NCBI GenBank assembly: GCA_964016885.1
Contig: OZ024748.1
Location: forward strand, 16,864,001 to 16,928,000
DNA: 64,000 nt
Source of the DNA: Eledone cirrhosa
Lineage: Eukaryota
Direction: 5' to 3'
The position numbers were made by a program, and so were the translations under genes. Below, piece by piece: positions 40,602 through 54,265 of this stretch (the first letter of the stretch is position 1; each line of letters opens with the position of its first letter). The notes beneath the pieces were generated by a model. It worked only from the letters and a program-made list of their open reading frames with translations, had not been told where the DNA came from and made no database searches.

Positions 40602-42167
40602 CTAGCAGTTTAGCCCGGCGTTGCTCGGGTTTGTTCATTTGCTATGAAAAGTTACATACAGGTAAACGTAGCTTGAAAGCGCATAAGCTTATCAATTAAG
40701 TGCATAAAGCAGTTGAACCGGTTATTAATAGTTACGAACCAATTAGCATTTTGGACAATCAATGATGAGTTAATAATCTTCCAATAGCGAATTTAGTAGA
40801 CCAAAGTTGCAAGATGGTGGCCCTGATGCCGCTGGGTGTCAGATCTGTCCGCTATGGGTGATCCTACCAGTTTTCCAGACGGCATAGCTCCAACACCTCC
40901 AACACCTGCACCAACATCTATAGCACCTCTTTGTAGACAATATTGCATGTCATCCCTTGAGGAGTGTAAGCAAAAAGCCCATTCCTGCTCCCTATGCGGG
41001 AATAGGCAACATAAAGTTGGCCATGGGAGATTAGCCAGTTTCAGTCTGAACACTCTGGCAATGAGGTCATGTCTGTTCGAATAATTTTGCCCAGGAAAAA
41101 GTTCACGGGTTACATTCCGATTCATATGTCTATAGCATTAATCTGTTATATGAAGTGTTATTTTGCGGGTTGTTATTTGCAATAAGCCGATTGAAAATGC
41201 CCCAGATAAGCCGTATGCCAATACGGAACGCTCCATTTGATCATATACATTGTTTCTCTCTCTGCAGTGTTGTCATATAGGGAGTGAAGAGCGACAGAGA
41301 GAGTAAAGCAGTTAAATTATAGAGAGGGGGAATGATCATGATCGATTTTTGCCCTTATTGTTGATTGATTTGAAATTTTTTTGCTTTATGACCTCCTGAC
41401 CGAAAGCAATAATTGTCCCGACTTTGAATAGAATCCCGTGAAAAAAGTTTTCTCAATGCTTTGTCTCATATTGAGAAAAACAAAGAAAGAAAATTACAAA
41501 AAGGACAACAATAAAATATAATGTCTTTGTTGAGAATCATGTAAATAAATGCTTAAGCGTTGTTATTGTTATGTTTGTTGTTTTATAAATTCATCTGTTG
41601 CTTTTGAATATTTGTTATTTGATGTAAAATGTGTGTAAAATGTAACGTTGAGAGAGCAGTATGTATTTAGTGTTATCGGCTTTTTAAATTTTGATTTTCA
41701 AAGTTTGTGCCGCGTTCCTTCGAAAGAAGTTTTGTCGTTGTTCTAAACTGTAAAGGGTAGTAGACGGAGGCAGTAACCTTTTAAAGAGAGTTGCAGAGGA
41801 GATTGAGGGGCGAGTAGAGAGAGTGATGAACCTTTTAAAGAGAGTTGCAGAGGAGATTGAGAGTGGAGTAGAGGAAAAGATGAACCTTTTAAAGAGAGTT
41901 GCAACATGTATGTAGTTTCATATATTTTGATGGTAGTAGTGAGAGGAATGAAGCGTGTAAGAGAGAGGGTTACAACATGTATTTAGTTTTATCGATCTTT
42001 TTTCATAGAAGCAGGAAACTTTTGGCAAAAATAATTACGCGTTGACCTGCCCTGGTAAATTTGGAGCACATTGGAAAAAATTCATCAAAATCAGTAGAGA
42101 AATGTGGAAATGCATAAAAATCATACACACACACAGACAGACATCTACCATTTTATATATAGAGAGA
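40602..42167 (-). mobile_element. Internally deleted Helitron with Rep and PIF1-helicase remnants
   Basis: Minus-strand 5' TCTCTATATATAAAATGG..(GTCT)n; 3' hairpin CCCGAGCAACGCCGGG then CTAG; ELFPGQNYSNRHDLIARVFRLKL (41031-41110) abuts SHGQLYVAYSRIG..TCNIVYKEVL* (40918-41028). Confidence 0.92.
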
Positions 42168-42331
42168 TATATATATAATAATAATAATGAGTTGACGGAC
42201 CCAGCATATTTATCAATGACAGGACCGGTTGTATCTCAGCGTACTCCATGGGCAATGTAAGATACATTCCCAGATTATACACAGTTATTCGCTTTAATAC
42301 AACACACGTAAAACGGGTGCCTATAATAGTT

Positions 42332-42441
42332 CCCGGACTCGAGTTTCGGCCGCACTAATGCAGCAGTAAGGTGAACTGCACCATCCGTCTGCATATATTA
42401 TGCAGCAATGCATAATTGGCTTATGCGGCTTCATCAGTGGG
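42332..42441 (-). ncRNA. Type-I hammerhead motif with enlarged stem II
   Basis: Minus strand CCCA-CTGATGA-A-GCCGCA..(~70 nt)..TGCGGC-C-GAAA-CTCGAG-TC-CGGG; GUC cleavage triplet. Confidence 0.72.
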
Positions 42442-42661
42442 TATCGCCTAATCAATAACCAATCGATCGACAGAATCCCAACGCCAGCCCATCCCGGTCA
42501 TGACTGTTTGTGACAACCGACACGGTAAAATGACTAGCAACTGGAACCCGATACAACTCTGTCCCTCGACTAGCCACCGATTTACAAATTTTATGTGGTG
42601 GGAGAATAGAAAACCAATCTTTCCCATACCGAGAACAATGGTTATGATAACCATTACCAGT

Positions 42662-42702
42662 CCGAGCTGAAGATCTGCATAAGGTGAAACAATTGTTCTC
42701 GG
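42662..42702 (+). ncRNA. Type-I hammerhead motif
   Basis: CCGAG-CTGAAGA-TCTGCATAAGGT-GAAA-CAATTG-TT-CTCGG; perfect 5-bp stem I, palindromic stem III, weak stem II. Confidence 0.7.
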
Positions 42703-42781
42703 TATGGTGAAGTAACTGTTGTGGATCTACTTCTACCAAACTCGTCCCATGGACTGAGTGCTCTACCACTGCGGATATTAC

Positions 42782-43215
42782 TATCTCTCTCTCACTCTCT
42801 CTCACTCTCACTCACTCTCTCTCACTCACTCTCTCTCACTCTCACTCACTCTCTCTCACTCTCACTCACTCTCTCTCACTCTCTCTCACTCTCTCTCACT
42901 CTCTCTCACTCACTCTCTCTCATTCACTCTCTCTCTCTCTCACTCACTCACTCTCTTTCACTCACTCTCACTCACTCACTCTCACTCACTCTCACTCACT
43001 CTCTCTCTCTCACTCTCTCTCTCTCACACTCACTCACTCTCTCTCTCTCACTCTCTCACTCACTCTCTCACTCACTCACTCTCTCACTCACTCTCTCACT
43101 CACTCACTCTCTCACTCTCTCTCACTCACTCTCTCTCACTCACTCTCTCTCACTCACTCTCTCACTCACTCTCTCTCACTCACTCTCTCTCACTCACTCT
43201 CACACACTCTCTCTC
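42782..43215. repeat. (CT)n/(CTCA)n microsatellite
   Basis: Direct inspection. Confidence 0.95.
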
Positions 43216-43497
43216 TATTATCATCATCATCATCATCATTTAACGTCTATCTCCCACACTAGCATGGGTTAGACGGGTTTGTCCCATTTAGAGGCAAGTT
43301 GGGTCGGGTGGCCAGGACTGTTTCTGGCTGCCTTTTTACGGCTGGATGCCCTTCCTAACGCCAACATTTACAGTATGGGCTGGATGTTTTGTGGTACCAA
43401 CAAAATATATATCATGATGATATATATATATATATATACACACACATATATATACATATATCATCATCTCCACCGTTTTATGTCTATTTTTCCATGC

Positions 43498-43554
<57 letters not shown>

Positions 43555-43599
43555 ATTATACTTTGGGAGGGTCATGCTGCCAATAAAAACACATGCGCA

Positions 43600-43800
43600 C
43601 TTGGAATTCACTTCAGTCTATTACAAATTTCCGGTTGGTTTGGTTCAATAACCAGATAGTTATTTATATATTGTCAAAGCTCTTTCGTCACACATTGTGA
43701 CATCCTCAGTGACTGGTTTCTTATTTTGTGTCTCTCCTTAGTTCTATCCTACACCATCTTATTTTTGTGTGTTGCGTGCTTGGTTTCTGTTTGCGTTACA

Positions 43801-43831
<31 letters not shown>

Positions 43832-44075
43832 TTATTTATGTATTTATGTGTTTATTTACTTATCACTTGTTGGTTGTTTGTTCTTTATAAGTGTGTCTGA
43901 TTTGTTTTATTAGTTTGGTTCTTTTGTGTCTCTGTATGTCTTTATCTTGTCGTTAATTATTAGTTGTGATGTTGCTATTCCACTCATGTTTTCTGTTTCA
44001 TTTTGCTTGGAGTTCGTTTATGTTTGTTGCTTCTGTAATCTGAAGCTGTATCAAGAAGTCATGTATATTGTTTTA
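43600..44075 (-). mobile_element. Penelope-like element 3' end: GIY-YIG C-terminal remnant plus pLTR with hammerhead (43673-43713)
   Basis: Minus strand QLQITEATNINELQAK*NRKHEW (cf. LxIxEAxxIxxLKPxLN), followed downstream by GTCA-CTGAGGA-T-GTCACA-ATG-TGTGAC-GAAA-GAGC-TT-TGAC. Confidence 0.7.
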
Positions 44076-44428
44076 CTCCACCTATTAAAATCTATAGTTA
44101 CACACATGCTGAATAAACTCACTCTCTTTCTTTCTTTCTCTTTCTTTCTCTTTCTTTTTCTCTCTCTCTTTCTCTCTCTCTCTCTTTCTCTTTCTTTCTC
44201 TCTCTCGCTTTCGCTCTCTTTCTCTTTCTTTCTATCTCTCTCTTTCTTCCTCTCTCTCGCTTTCTCCTCTCTTTCTCCTTCTCCTTTTCTCTTTCTCTAT
44301 TTCTCCTTTTCTCTTTCTCTCTTTTTCTCCTTTTCTCTTTCTTTCTCTCTTTTTCTCCTTTTCTCTTTATTTCTCTTTTTCTCTTTCTCTTTTTTCTCTT
44401 TTTCTCTTTCTCTCTTTCTCCTACTCTC

Positions 44429-44486
<58 letters not shown>

Positions 44487-47425
44487 AAATAAATAAATAA
44501 ATACACATGTTTTTCTCAAAAAACATTTTTTCCATTCCTTGTTCTTTACACTCCCTATCTTTCTATTTCATCTTTTATTCTTCGTTTTTACCTTCTGATG
44601 TAGGACTTTTGTTTGACATATTAAGACTCTTTTCATACTATATCAAATGTGGCTGCTGAAGCGTTAAACTAATATATTTCTTCATTGTACTGTTTACTTT
44701 TTCCATCACCTAAGCGAGGATTTGGATCCTTTTAATTTTCTATCGGTCAACCTAAAACACTTGCTCAAGGCCCTCCGTGACAGGAATAAATACAGAACCA
44801 GATATTTACGAAGTGAACTCCTTAACCCCACAGACTTACTGTTATACTATTGGTTTCTATTGCTAAAATATGAAGCATCTATAAAATATTGTGTCTGTGT
44901 ATACATATACATACATACCTGATATATATGAGAGAAACTTCAGGTATGTGAGGAAACACCAAATATTGTGTCTGTATGTACATGTACATATACATTTTCT
45001 GACATATATGAGAGAAACTGCAGGTATGCACATGTGTATGGAATGTGAGTGGACTTTAACTATGCTTAATGTTGTTTTTGTTTTAAAGAATGACTCTAAG
45101 AAATTCTTAGTGACTTTCATAGAAACTGTTAATTTAACAGAAAACTATTAACACTAATTGGATTTTAATTTTTTAAAGATAAATGTTAATTTCTATATTT
45201 TTATTGATGCATTTAGTTCTGCTGACGTAAGCAGAATAATAATAAAAACATTCTAATTAATTAATTAATGTTATTTTAATGTTTAATAATGTAGATGAGT
45301 GGGTGTACTAATAAAACTAGTTAACTTTTAAATTATATATTCGAAAGTTTGTTGTACAAGTCGGATCATACTTCAGTTAGAGTTCTGTGTCTCTGATTCC
45401 ATGGTTAGGAGTTCAAATCTTACACTCAACATCATTTTGTATCATTTACTACTGACTCTAACCTTGTTTGTTTCAAGTTTATTAACCCCATGAAGGTGTG
45501 TGGCCGATTGGTTAGAGAGCTGGATTCCTAATCGTGAGGTTGTCAGTTCGATTCCTGGACCTGGCGATGCGTTGTCCTTGAGCAAGGCACTTTATTTCAC
45601 ATTACTCCTACATGGAGTTGTGACCGATAGATAGTATTAGCAATTGGAATGATCAACGGAAACATTGTTTCCTCGATCCAATTTGACGAATTCTTTATTA
45701 ACCCCTTTTTATTCTCTACTTTTTAAACCTGTAATTTCTGATGGAGTCTTAGGGGAACCATAGCGACATATAACATCTCTTGGGCATTTTTAAAACCTCG
45801 AGGAGTCCATCTCCTCTTCATGTCTCTACACAGCAGATTTCTTCTAGAGAAAGAGAGGGAGTGAGAGAGAGATATAGAGAAAGAATTGACTCTAGTACTA
45901 GACTGGGATGTTTTTTATCAGCTGCAAAAGGATGAAAGACAACGTTGCCCTCAGTAGGATGTGAACTCAGAACAAGGAATGCTGCAGTGTATTCTTACAT
46001 TCTAACAAATCTGCCAATTCATCACTACAATCATTTCATTACTATATTTCTAATAAAAGACTGCCTATGATCTTCAAATCAGTTAAAAAATAATTACAAA
46101 TTTTGAGAGATTTAATAAGATAACTTTTATTAAGTTAATTTTTGGAACATAACTTAATAGGTTATTAGATAAATTCTTTAAAACAACACATTTTGTATTG
46201 TAAAATCAGCAGTGATTTCAAGCAGTTTAGTGTCAAAATAATTAATTCCTTTGCTGTCACAGAACTACACTAAAATATGTATTCAAATGGCTTTAAAACT
46301 AAGTCGTTGAAATGCTAAGCACCACATTGTTATAAATTCAGATATGATATGTCAGATTTGGGTCCTTAAACAAGAACTTTAACAATACTTGCTTCTAATT
46401 TATTAATGAGTTTTGCTATAGCAGATCTCCACATCAGTGGGTTGAAAGAGTCGAATGTTTTGAAGTATTTATCATTCTGGATTAGAGATTTTACTTCACT
46501 CATGCATGAATGTTAGTTATATTACTAAATCTCTCCAAATTCTTATTTCCAAAATGATTTTCAAATTACAGGCGACAGGGCCCTTTCTTCTAAATATGGT
46601 AACAAAATGGTTAATACAAAGACAGAAACTAGAAGCAGCCTGCTTGGTAATTGGCTTAGCTAGGCTTCGCTTGGCTTCGATTTGCTTGTTGAGTGCATGT
46701 GAGTAGGTAGCAGGCTCTGGTTTAATGTTAGTACATTCCAATACACTTTAAGGTTTAAAACAAAGTAAAGAACTCATTAACTTTGAAGGATCTGCAATAG
46801 TCTGGCAGCTAATTGTAGTAATATTGTTGAGAGGTTTTATTACTTAAGCGAAGTGTAGATAAAATTGCCAGATAATCTTGTAAGGTAATCTAGCTTTAAC
46901 TGGATAGGAATGCACCTGTTAGCAGAAGGAGAAATAATTCAATGACATTTGCAAGTTTCATTGTAATGCTAATGTTACGGTTTGAAATACCTGTGTGAAT
47001 AGTGTTCAGGACTGTGTGTCTGTAAATATGGATACATTTATGTATATTGTGTGCCTGTATACGTGTGTGTGTGTGTATATATATATATGTGTGTGTGTGT
47101 TTATATACAAACATACATATGTACACATGCACATATATTTATGTACATATATATATGTACATAAATATATGTGTGTGTATGTATGTGTGTGTTCTGTTTA
47201 TATACAAGCATAAATATGTATACACGCATATATATATGTGGGTGTGTATATGTATCTATATATATCTCTGTACGTGTGTGTGTGAGAGAGAGAATGAAAG
47301 GCAGTGGAGGAGGTGTGAGAGAGAAGTGATTGATTGGCATGGGAGAGAAAGGAAGAGAGAAACACTCAATGAGTGAGAGGAAGAGAAACACATAGTGAGT
47401 GAGAAGGGAAAGATAAAGAAAGAGT

Positions 47426-47456
<31 letters not shown>

Positions 47457-48589
47457 TGTGATATGGATTATATTAAAGACATCAAGCCTTATATTCCTTT
47501 CTTGAACCAATCTTCGAAATATTAGAAGTAACACATCTAAACTGAAATGAAGCACTCTATATATGAATTAATTAAACTCTCTGTAAAGACCTCTTTTCAT
47601 CAAAATAAAACTATTGCTAAATATTTTTAGTTTTCTTATTGCTCACAGGTATAGTTTCTACTACTGGTGACAATTTTGAAAATATGCCAAGTTGAATATT
47701 ATAAATTTAACTCTTTAGCATTAAAACCAGCTGTATCCGACCAGAATTCTTTCACCTCTTTCTGTTTAAACCGGCCATAACTGGCCATTCATACTGATGT
47801 TAAGGTATTGTTCTCAAAATAAATATCAAAATCTCATAGATTCGGTATTATGTGAGATAATTATGTGATGTAAAGCCTTTACCATGAAAATATCATCATC
47901 ACCGTTTTACGTTCATCCTTCCACGCTAGCATGGGTTAGACAGGTTGTCCTGTAGTGGGCAATACCAGGTCTCTCTCTCTCTCTCCCTCTCTCTCTTTCT
48001 CTTACCTGGAAAGAAAAGGTTTAAGAATGCCCCTGAAAAATACTAAATTTTGCTTGGCTAAAAACTCCATGTCATGGGCATGGATGGTGGAAAAGGATAA
48101 AAGTATATTTTTATCTCTTGGTTTTAAAAAGTTCTGATAAATACTAGATTTATATATTAATGGTGCTTTGCATTAAAACCAGCGGTATCTGGCCAAAATT
48201 CTCTCACCTCTTTCTGTTCAAACCAGCTGTATTTGACCACTCATACTGATGGTAAAGTATTGTTCTCAAAATAAATAAAATCAAAATCTCATAGATTCCA
48301 TATTATGTGAGATAATTATGTGAGATAAAGCATTTACAGTGAAAATACAGTAGTAAATATAGCGTAATATAAATGCTAAAGGGTTAAATGCCATTTATAA
48401 TTAATCCAAGTAGCATGCATCTGTTTGAATTTAACCCTTTTGTTAGCATATTTTCAATACTTAGTTTCATGTAGTACAAGACATTAACAGTACAGAATTA
48501 TTGATGCTGTGGACTTTCAATGTTGCTTTTCAAACTATTAATGTTCTTGTTCAACTTAATTTCAATTAACTGAAACTGCTATATTATGT

Positions 48590-48995
48590 ACGGTAGATTG
48601 GCAGTATTGGTAGAAGGTCTGACGCCATGCTTTGACGCATAGAGTTACGGCCCTTGCTATTCTGAGTTCAAATCCCGCCGAGGTTAACTTTGCCTTTCAT
48701 CCTTACGGGGTCGATAAAATAAAGTACCAGTAATACACTGGGTAATTGCTGGCCTTGTGCCTAACGTAGAAACAATTATGTACTGTGTTCCTTGCCATTG
48801 GTAGAGGGTCTGACGCCATGTTTTATAGCATAGAGTTACGGCCCTTGCTATTCTGAGTTCAAATCCCGCCGAGGTTAACTTTGCCTTTCATCCTTACGGG
48901 GTCGTTAAAATAAAGTACCAGTAATGTACTGGGGTTGATTTAACCGACTTCCCCCTCCCCCAAATTACTGGCCTTGTGCCTATATAAGAAATCAT
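48590..48995 (+). mobile_element. Two family-A SINEs in tandem
   Basis: First copy flanked by ATTATGTAC repeats; second is the long subtype. Confidence 0.9.
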
Positions 48996-49542
48996 TAATA
49001 TCATTACTACTGCTACTACTACTGCTGCTACTTTATCATTACTACTACCACCACCACTACTACTATTGCTGCTACTACTGCTATTGCTACTATTAAGGCT
49101 ACTACTACTATTGCTACTATTGCTTCTACTACTATTGCTACTACTACTATTGCTGCTACTACTACTATTGCTGCTACTGCTGCTGCTGCTGTTGCTGCTG
49201 TTACTCTTATCATTACTACTACTACTACTACTATTACTACATATATACACATATATATACATATATATACATATATATACATATATATATATACATATAT
49301 ATAAACATATATATATATACATATATATATACATAAATATACAAATATAAACATAAATGTATAAATATAAATATATATATAGAAATGTCTAACCCATGCT
49401 AGCATGGAAAATAGACGTTAAATGATGATGATATATACATAAATTTAAACATATATATAAATATAAACACACACACACATATATATATATATAAACATAT
49501 ATATACATATATAAATATAAACATGTATATAAATATATATAA

Positions 49543-49573
<31 letters not shown>

Positions 49574-50080
49574 AATATATAAATAGTTGAGGTTAATGGT
49601 CTCAACTATTATCACCACACCGTTTTAGTTTACTAACGTTATAGCTAAAAATAATTATAGTTAAACACAAAGACAAAATACCATATGAACTTTCTAGACT
49701 TGCATTGCATCCTTAGATCACCTGAATGGTACTTTAAAAGAGCAATATTCCTATAATTGACATCATTTATGCTATTTTCAGCTGCTGATCATAATGTTTG
49801 AAGAATCCATTTAATAATGATACATGAATTTATTTTTTTATTTTATTTTTATTTCCTTTTATTTTAATTTCCTTTTATTTTATTTTTATTTTTTATTTTT
49901 TATTTTTTATTTTTTATTTTTATTTTTTTACTTTTTACTTTTTGGCATTCTTTCGATACAACTGGAGACAGAAATGTCTATAAAACTTCGATATTTATTG
50001 GAAATTTGTTGATTACAAAAAGTTAAAATGATAAATGGCAAAAAGAAAAATAATAATAATAATAATAATAATGATAATAA

Positions 50081-50452
50081 TTTGAAAAATTGATCAAGTA
50101 TAAAGACCTGGAGATAGAAATTGGAAAAATGTGGAATTTGAGAACTAAAACAATACCAATGGTTGTAGGCGCTCTTGGAATGATACCTAAGGGGTCTAAT
50201 GATTACTTATCCCAAATCCCAGGAAACCTGCATATAGAAGAAATACAAAAGATAGTACTAATGGGAGCTGCCCATATACTAAGGAAGATTCTGTCAATAT
50301 AAGTACATCACAAGTCTCAACACCTAAAGATGCGTGTGTGTATGTATGTTCTTTCTTGAACATGGCAGACCTTGTTGTCTCTTGAGGTCACTGGTTGTGA
50401 CTTGGAGATAACTTGTATGAACATAAAGCAAAAAAAATGCAATAATAATAAT
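50081..50452 (+). mobile_element. R4/Dong-clade non-LTR retrotransposon 3' fragment in a (TAA)n site
   Basis: KYKDLEIEIGKMWNLRTKTIPMVVGALG..IQKIVLMGAAHILRKIL*; (TAA)n on both flanks. Confidence 0.9.
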
Positions 50453-50926
50453 ATTAAAGTTACTGAAAACTAAAATTTCCGTTTACACAAAAAACCCCAC
50501 TAAATTTAAATAAAATTGTTGAATATAGAAAGTATGTGGGTGGGTAGGTGTGGGTGTCGGGCCTCTGTTGGTTCTAATGTGTTTTCTAGTTCTTTGATTG
50601 TCAGGACAGCCTGCTTGTGTGTGAAATTAACTGGCTAGTTACTCATTGATCATTCCAAAGACAATGTACCCCTCTAACATAATCCTCAGGGAGATTCAGT
50701 GTGTAACAAGGCTGGCCCTTTTTTGAATTACTGGTACAACCAAGTTTTGCAGGTTGAGTGGACTGGAGCCACATAAAACAAAATGACTTACTCAAAGACA
50801 CTTCACCAGGAATTGACTTGACGACCTCACAATTCAGAGTCAAACACACTTGTTGTTACTAAGCAGTTCACCTTTGTTTTGTTGTGAAACATTGAATAAA
50901 CTCGGTTTACACTGGAACTTCTTTAA

Positions 50927-51228
50927 TAATTCTAATATAAAGACTTGAGGTCTTTTGTAATTCTAATATAACGAATTGAGGTCTTTTGTAATTCTAATAT
51001 AACGAATTGAGGTCTTTTGTAATTCTAATATAACGAATTGAGGTCTTTTGTAATTCTAATATAAAGAATTGAGGTCTTTTGTAATTCTAATATAAAGAAT
51101 TAAGGACTTTAGTAATTTTAATATATCAAATTGAGGTCTTTTGTAATTTTAATATATCAAATTGAGGTCTTTTGTAATTTTAATATAAAGAATTGAGGAC
51201 TTTAGTAATTCTAATATATAGAATTGAG
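50927..51228. repeat. 31-bp minisatellite, about 10 copies
   Basis: TAATTCTAATATAA(C/A)GAATTGAGGTCTTTTG. Confidence 0.95.
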
Positions 51229-51233
51229 CACTC

Positions 51234-51506
51234 TAGGTGTGATGACAAAAAGCACCCTGTCCACACTGTAAAGTGGTCATGTAGGTGTCATGACAAAAAG
51301 CATCCAGTCTACACTGTATAGTGGTCACGTAGGTGTCATGACAAAAAGCATCTGATTGGCATTAGGAAGAGCATCTAGTTGTAGAAACCAAGCCCAAAAA
51401 ATCAGTTTTGTATGAGCAAGACAGTCATCTGATCTGTTATAACTCACTACAGGACCGCTCATCCAACCTATGGTAGCATGGAAAATGGACATTAAATAAT
51501 GATGAT
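51234..51506 (+). mobile_element. Old RTE 3' UTR copy
   Basis: ACAAAAAGCA..CACACTGTAAAGTGG subrepeats; ends AGCATGGAAAATGGACATTAAATAATGATGAT. Confidence 0.8.
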
Positions 51507-51605
51507 TGTGTGTGTGTGTGTGTGTGTGAACATTGTGTGTGTGTCCAGCACTAAAATATTTACCATCTATGTTGTCTTACGCACGCACGCACACACACCC
51601 ACAGA

Positions 51606-51737
<132 letters not shown>

Positions 51738-51784
51738 CACACACAGACACACACACACACACAGACAAACACACACACACACAT

Positions 51785-51815
<31 letters not shown>

Positions 51816-52204
51816 CACACACACACACACACACATTATGCTAATTACATATCAACAAAGTCATTATGGGGATGTGATGATATTAATAGAAAGACAGTTC
51901 AATTTAATCAGTATAAAGCAGAGAGAGGGAGAGAGAGAGCGAGGGAGAAGCTAAATTAATTAAAAATTCTTGCAGCTGATAAGGATTATTATTATTAGTG
52001 TTGTTATTAGTGTTGTTATTAGTGTTATTATTAGTGTTGTTATTAGTGTTATTGTTATTATGGCTGTATAATGAGGTGTATTGAGCAATGAACTTTGGTG
52101 AAATTCTAATTACCTAAATGTGGTAGGAATTACCTGATTATGGGAAAAACTCATGGAAGAAACCTTTAAAACAAATCTGGTAGACTGACATAACTTATAC
52201 AGAT

Positions 52205-54265
52205 ATCATCACTACCATCATCATCATCACCACTACCATCATCATCATCTACTACCATCATCATCATCATCACCTACTACCATCATCATCATCATCACCA
52301 CTACCATCAGCATCATCATTACCACTACCATCATCATCATCACCACTACCATCATCATCATCACCACTACCATCATCATCATCACCACTACCATCATCAT
52401 CATCATCACCACTACCATCATCATCATCACCACCACCATCATCATCATCACCACCACCACTGCCCCCGCCATCATCATCACCACTATCATCATCACCACC
52501 ACTACCATCATCATCATCTACTACCATCATCATCATCATCACCTACTACCATCATCATCATCATCACCACTACCATCAGCATCATCATTACCACTACCAT
52601 CATCATCATCACCACTACCATCATCATCATCACCACTACCATCATCATCATCACCACTACCATCATCATCATCATCACCACTACCATCATCATCATCACC
52701 ACCACCATCATCATCATCACCACCACCACTGCCCCCGCCATCATCATCACCACTATCATCATCATCACCACCACTACCATCATCACCACTACCATCATCA
52801 TCATCATCACCACCACCACTGCCCCGCCATCATCATCACCACTACCATCATCATCATCATCACCACTACCATCATCAGCATCATCACCACTACCATCATC
52901 ATCATCATCACCACTACCATCATCAGCATCATCACCACTACCATCATCACCATCACCACTACCATCATCAGCATCATCACCACTACCATCATCATCATCA
53001 TCACCACTACCATCATCAGCATCATCACCACTACCATCATCATCATCATCACCACTACCATCATCAGCATCATCACCACTACCATCATCATCATCATCAC
53101 CACTACCATCATCAGCATCATCACCACTACCATCATCACCATCACCACTACCATCATCAGCATCATCACCACTACCATCATCACCATCACCACTACCATC
53201 ATCACCACCACTACCATCATCACCACTACCACCATCATCATCATCACCACCACCACTGCCCCGCCATCATCATCACCACTATCATCATCACCACCACTAC
53301 CATCATCATCACCTACTACCATCATCATCATCATCACCACTACCATCATCATCACCTACTACCATCATCACCTACTACCATCATCATCATCATCATCATC
53401 ACCTACTACCATCATCATCATCATCACCACTACCATCATCAGCATCATCACCTACTACCACCATCATCATCATCATCACCACTACCATCATCAGCATCAT
53501 CACCACTACCATCATCACCATCACCACTACCATCATCATCACCACTATCATCATCATCACTACCATCATCATCATCATCACCACTACCATCATCACCACC
53601 AACATCACCACTGCCATCATCATCATCACCACTACCATCATCACCACCACCATCACCACTGCCATCATCATCATCACCACTACCATCATCATCACCACTA
53701 TCATCATCATCATCACTACCATCATCATCATCATCATCACCACTACCATCATCAGCATCATCACCACTACCATCATCATCATCATCACCACTACCATCAT
53801 CACCACCACCATTACCATCATCATCAATATCATCACCACCACCATTACCATCACTACCATCATCACCACCACCATTACCATCATCATCAATATCATCACC
53901 ACCACCATTACCATCACTACCATCATCACCATTGCTATCATTACTGCCAACACCACCATCATCACCATCATCACTATCATCACCATCATCACCATCATTG
54001 CTATCATCACCACCATCACTATCATCACCACCATCGTCCTCACCACTACCATCATAATCATCACCATCACTATCATTACCACCAACACTACCATCATAAT
54101 CATCATCTTCATCATAACTATCATCACCACCAACACCCCTATCATGATCACCACTACCATCATCATCATCATCATCATCACCATCCCTAACACCACCACC
54201 ACTACCATCATTAACACAATCGCCACCACCATCCCTGCCATCATCATCATCACCCCATCATCATA
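52205..54265. repeat. (CAT/CAC/TAC)n tract of ~2 kb with a ~269-bp higher-order duplication
   Basis: Marker GCCCCCGCCATC at 52462 and 52731 in identical context. Confidence 0.93.

Noticed and set aside
46572-46698. Possible internal exon (TTACAG acceptor, GTGAGT donor, one open frame)
   Set aside because: Peptide unrecognisable and no partner exons; such signals arise by chance
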